DNA of 64,000 nt, taken from positions 36,974 through 100,973 of the forward strand of contig JBDROJ010000027.1 in the NCBI GenBank assembly GCA_043810165.1, in the 5' to 3' direction. This document shows, one piece after another, positions 60,588 through 64,000 of the stretch. Positions within the stretch are counted from its first letter, which is position 1. The number at the start of each line of letters is the position of its first letter. The position numbers and the translations under genes are program-made. The notes under the pieces are model-generated. The model was not told where the DNA came from. It saw only the letters and a list, made by a program, of their open reading frames with translations, and searched no databases. Source of the DNA: a bacterium. Lineage in GTDB: Bacteria > Patescibacteriota > Patescibacteriia > Magasanikbacterales > GWA2-37-8.

Positions 60588-61235
60588 TTACTTCTTCTTT
60601 TTGGCTGAAGCTTTTTTAGGTGCGACTTTTTTAGAAGCAACTTTTTTCGCGACTTTTTTTGGCTCTGCCTTTTTTACAGTTTTTGCCTTTTTCTCTTTTA
60701 CAAGTTTTCCAATCTTTGCTTGCTTGTTAATTCCCGGCTTCTCTATGTTATTTACAGCGTCATTTGGGCTTAATATTTTTATAAGCTTATCCATTTTAGC
60801 GTTTAACATCTTAATTTGATCCATAACCTCTCCAGAATCCTTACTGCCGGTTCCGCCCTTTTCAAAACAATTATTGCAATAAATAGGCTTGCTGGTCATT
60901 GGTCTAAAAGGTATTTGGCAGTCATTTCCGCACTTAGCGCAAACTGCATTATACATTTGCTTGTCTTCAAAACGAGGCCTCTGGCGTCTTTCTTGGCTGA
61001 AACTATTGGATCTACCACTGCCACCGCCTTGTTTTTCAAAACAATCACTGCAAAATACTGGCCTGCTTCCGGTTGGCTTGAAAGGGATTTCACAACTATT
61101 GCCACAGTCGCTACAAGTAGCTCTGTGCATGGCAGGTCTGCCACCACTGTCTCTTCCACCATACCTATTTCCGCCACTAGATCCACGGCTAAAGCCATTA
61201 CTTGATCTTTTATTATCTCGATTAAAACTTCCCAT
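60588..61235 (-). CDS. Tandem CxxC-x17-CxxC zinc-ribbon protein with a Lys/Ala-rich tail
   Basis: CSDC...PFKP...VFCSDC and CAKC...PFRP...IYCNNC; KKVA repeats. Confidence 0.85.
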   Translation of the reverse strand: MGSFNRDNKRSSNGFSRGSSGGNRYGGRDSGGRPAMHRATCSDCGNSCEIPFKPTGSRPVFCSDCFEKQGGGSGRSNSFSQERRQRPRFEDKQMYNAVCAKCGNDCQIPFRPMTSKPIYCNNCFEKGGTGSKDSGEVMDQIKMLNAKMDKLIKILSPNDAVNNIEKPGINKQAKIGKLVKEKKAKTVKKAEPKKVAKKVASKKVAPKKASAKKKK

Positions 61236-61318
61236 ACATTAATATTTAAATTACTTAAAATGTAATTTGACTAATTTTAGCACAATTTTAAATAAAAAGC
61301 AATAGCAAAGTCGGATTA

Positions 61319-62323
61319 TTAATTTTTACCGGCTAATTGTCCGCAAGCCGCATTTATATCTATGCCAAAGCCATGGCGCTGAGTTACCTTAATTCCCTTA
61401 TTTAATAAGGTATTTTTAAAAACATTCATGGCATACGCAGATGACGGCTTGTATTTCCCAGTTGGATTATAACGAATTAGATTAACCATATAGAGCGGAT
61501 GGCTCATAAGTTCGCCCAATTCCACGGCATGGCACTCGCTATCATTTATATCATCTATCATCAAGTACTCAAACATAACTTGCCTTGATCTATTGTTTAC
61601 ATAATTCTCTATAGCGGACATCAATTTTTTTAATGGATACTGATTATTTACGGGCATAAGCTCTGAACGAAGCTTGTCGTTTGGAGCATGCAATGAAATG
61701 GCCAAATTAATCTGCATTTTCTCCTTGGCAAATTTATTTATTTCATTAATCAAACCACATGTAGAAATTGAGATACGACGCGCGCCAATATTAAAGCCGT
61801 CATTGTCATTAATTAATTTGGCTGATTCCATCACATTGTCATAATTCAAAAACGGCTCCCCCATTCCCATATATACCACATTTGTAACTCTGCTCGGGCC
61901 ATTTTTGTCATCATGCAGGTATCGTTGCCAAAATAAAACCTGCTCCGCGATTTCACTGGCTTGTAAATTTCTTTTATAGCCCATTTTGCCGGTAGCGCAA
62001 AAATCACATCCCATTGGACAGCCCACTTGAGATGAGATGCAGACAGTGGCTCTGCCATCTTCATGCTTCATTAAAACTGTTTCAACTTTTAGTCCATCTT
62101 GGAAGGTTATCAAAGCTTTTACAGTTTCACTATTTTTTGAACCGATTATCTCTGACTTTATTTCCAGCGGACATTCAAGATTCAAAACCTCGCGCAAAGA
62201 CAATGACAAAGTTGTATTATCATTCCAATCAGAAATAAGGTCCACAAAAATCGCTTTAAAAACTTGTTTAAAACGAAACTTTGGCTGATCTGCCAATATA
62301 TTTTTTATGTCTTTTAAATTCAT
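61319..62323 (-). CDS. rlmN: 23S rRNA A2503 C2-methyltransferase RlmN (radical SAM)
   Basis: CISSQVGC..GC.FCATG, MGMGEP, ISLHA, AACGQL. Confidence 0.94.
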   Translation of the reverse strand: MNLKDIKNILADQPKFRFKQVFKAIFVDLISDWNDNTTLSLSLREVLNLECPLEIKSEIIGSKNSETVKALITFQDGLKVETVLMKHEDGRATVCISSQVGCPMGCDFCATGKMGYKRNLQASEIAEQVLFWQRYLHDDKNGPSRVTNVVYMGMGEPFLNYDNVMESAKLINDNDGFNIGARRISISTCGLINEINKFAKEKMQINLAISLHAPNDKLRSELMPVNNQYPLKKLMSAIENYVNNRSRQVMFEYLMIDDINDSECHAVELGELMSHPLYMVNLIRYNPTGKYKPSSAYAMNVFKNTLLNKGIKVTQRHGFGIDINAACGQLAGKN

Positions 62324-62442
62324 AATTATTATTTTAAAAATGGCTGTTAGAGAACTAGTTTAGCACAGGATCAAACAGATATCAAACATATTAAAAACAC
62401 CCCGATATACATCGCGGTGTTCTTAATATTGTGTGATAACAA

Positions 62443-62646
62443 TTAGGCGATTCTCTTAACTTTCACTGCGCTAAGCCCTTTTGGACCTTCTTCAACTTCA
62501 AATTCTACTTTGTCGCCTTCTCGAAGATCATTGTATGTTACGTCTACAAGCTCGTTTGAGTGAAAGAAAAGATCTTTTTCTTCACCTTCGCGAGTGATGA
62601 AACCAAACCCCTTATCGGTAAGTCTGGCAATTACACCTTGTTGCAT
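62443..62646 (-). CDS. Cold-shock protein
   Basis: KGFGFI RNP1, LFFH RNP2, GPKG. Confidence 0.95.
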   Translation of the reverse strand: MQQGVIARLTDKGFGFITREGEEKDLFFHSNELVDVTYNDLREGDKVEFEVEEGPKGLSAVKVKRIA

Positions 62647-62783
62647 ATTTTGTAAAACAAATGAATAACTTGTCCGCTTGTGGCGGAGCTATCAAATCCA
62701 GTATGGTTCCAAACTCGACTTTGCTTGTTCTACAAAACTGATTTTGACATTAATATTATAGCATATTTAAGCTGATTTGTCAA
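62647..62783 (-). promoter_or_regulatory. csp promoter and structured ~100-nt 5' UTR
   Basis: TTGACA(62783..62778)-17-TATAAT(62760..62755); 13-bp stem closing the UTR. Confidence 0.7.
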
Positions 62784-62851
62784 GTATAAACCCATTTTGG
62801 GTACTAAAAAGCCGAGTTATAAACAAAAACAGGCAATTTAACTAGTATAAT

Positions 62852-63121
62852 TTACTTATCCCAGAACTCTTCTGCCTCTTTCTCTAATTTCTCTAATCTA
62901 TCATAATAGTCTGGAAATTCATTCAAATGCGCCAGAGCTATCTTGCCGGTCATAAGCGGTTCGTCTCCGGTAACATCTGTTTTTGGATCCCTGGTGCCAT
63001 GCTCTAACTCAACATTTACCCCCATCCAAAATTGGTTGAGATCAAATTTTTCATTATTAAAATCCATTTCCAATTTCTTGGATATTTCTTCTGCTTCTTG
63101 CAAACTAAACTTTTCCTTCAT
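62852..63121 (-). CDS. Small conserved protein (DUF5661-like)
   Basis: MGVNVELEH...KIALAHLNEFPDYYDRL motif. Confidence 0.75.
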   Translation of the reverse strand: MKEKFSLQEAEEISKKLEMDFNNEKFDLNQFWMGVNVELEHGTRDPKTDVTGDEPLMTGKIALAHLNEFPDYYDRLEKLEKEAEEFWDK

Positions 63122-63192
63122 ATATATTGTATTAAATTAAATATTAAAATATTGCTTAGATCCTTTAATCATTATACACCTCTTAAACAAAT

Positions 63193-63242
63193 AAAAGAAA
63201 TAAAGAAGCCGTATAACCCAAAAATAAATCAGGTTATACGGC
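63193..63242 (-). terminator. Intrinsic terminator of the large ncRNA candidate
   Basis: 11-bp GCCGTATAACC/GGTTATACGGC stem followed by a T-rich tract on the minus strand. Confidence 0.8.
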
Positions 63243-63532
63243 AATGTGGGCTTTAATCTGAGTTCGCGATGCGTCGCTGGGCTACTTTTCACCATGTGAT
63301 AAATGCAACTAGGACCGAAGTCCTTGGTTGCAAGTAAAGACTCGCACGGATCTAACGCATTGGCTAGCGCAGACTCTGCCCGGCTCAGCGGACCTAAAGG
63401 CCAGTTGGCCACCACCCCACAGGTGACTTACTGAGTACTGGGCTCCACGTATGGAGCCTAGTCAGGATTGTACCCGAGCCCACGAGTACTTTTCTCTTGA
63501 CTCCAAGAGTCAAAGAGATTCCAGAGGGGTCA
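63195..63532 (-). ncRNA. Large structured non-coding RNA of unknown family
   Basis: GC-rich, many hairpins incl. cUUCGg and UACG loops; promoter TTGACA(63568..63563)-18-CATTAT; terminator; no credible ORF. Confidence 0.7.
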
Positions 63533-63669
63533 ATATATATAATGGCACTTATTAGCAATATTTGTCAATTATTATAATTATATTTTAATAATTTTATCCT
63601 GAAAAATAAGCCTAGATCTTGACTTTATCATAGTTCTGTGATTAACTTAAGACTCAAAGGAGGAACAGG

Positions 63670-63879
63670 ATGTTTGATAATCAATCACTGAATCAGGCCG
63701 TGATCTTCGGGATCATGGGCGAGCACTTTGTCAGCCGTAAGATAGTGCTGGCAGTCAATCTCTTTGAGCGTGTGATCTTCTGCATACCCAACTGGTTGAG
63801 AGAAGATCTCCGCAGGAGGGAAATTCTCACCAATATGGTGGCTGAAAAAATGAAGAAGCCAATCGAGTTCAAACACTGA
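63670..63879 (+). CDS. Small orphan protein
   Basis: Promoter TTGACT(63619)-17-TTAACT, AAGGAGG SD, GC-rich hairpin 63902-63931 downstream. Confidence 0.65.
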   Translation: MFDNQSLNQAVIFGIMGEHFVSRKIVLAVNLFERVIFCIPNWLREDLRRREILTNMVAEKMKKPIEFKH

Positions 63880-64000
63880 GGTCGTGAAAAGCGACTGACC
63901 ATACCTGCCCCGGTAATCATCGGGGCAGGTGTATCTATACTAAATTCTAAAACCCCCCGATATAAATCGAGGGGTTAATATTTTTAATTATTTTTTCTTT

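Noticed and set aside
63137-63415. 92-aa minus-strand ORF
   Set aside because: It runs through a strong terminator and structured RNA, and its composition is not protein-like.
63195-63532. RNase P RNA, SRP RNA or group I/II intron identity for the large RNA
   Set aside because: GAGAAAAGU, GGUGAAAAG and AUAACCUGAUUUAU loosely echo RNase P conserved regions, but the P4 helix cannot form. No SRP helix 8 or intron domain V is visible.

Overview
Low-GC bacterial chromosomal segment. Gene content, SD-less AT-rich start regions and many orphan ORFs suggest a Patescibacteria (CPR, Parcubacteria/ABY1-like) genome; this taxonomy is inference. Most of the window is housekeeping: thiI, rrf2-iscS-iscU-ferredoxin, rsmI-metG-cvpA-tatD, a full F1Fo operon, a UvrD-nuclease fusion with dciA, mreBCD-mrdA, greA-lysS, serS-alr-ftsQ-xer, ddl, gltX, clpB, smpB-tmRNA-infC-rpmI-rplT, guaB/guaA, rlmN and csp. 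The most interesting signals are non-coding. (1) An unassigned ~335-nt GC-rich structured RNA with its own promoter and terminator at ~63.2-63.5 kb. (2) A promoter-driven ~100-nt hairpin RNA whose loop is an anti-Shine-Dalgarno sequence, in a window where the clear SD motifs I found sit only on orphan or pseudogene cassettes. (3) A TGTCAT...ATGACA palindromic repeat family with five loci, nested copies, and in-frame copies inside guaA and a TagA/WecG gene. (4) A dif-like 28-mer in the xer leader at a gene-orientation switch. (5) A 6S-like rod between smpB and tmRNA. (6) A symmetric CIRCE variant before clpB. (7) Three orphan ORFs interleaved in the ATP synthase operon. All calls were made by eye; no searches or folding programs were run.
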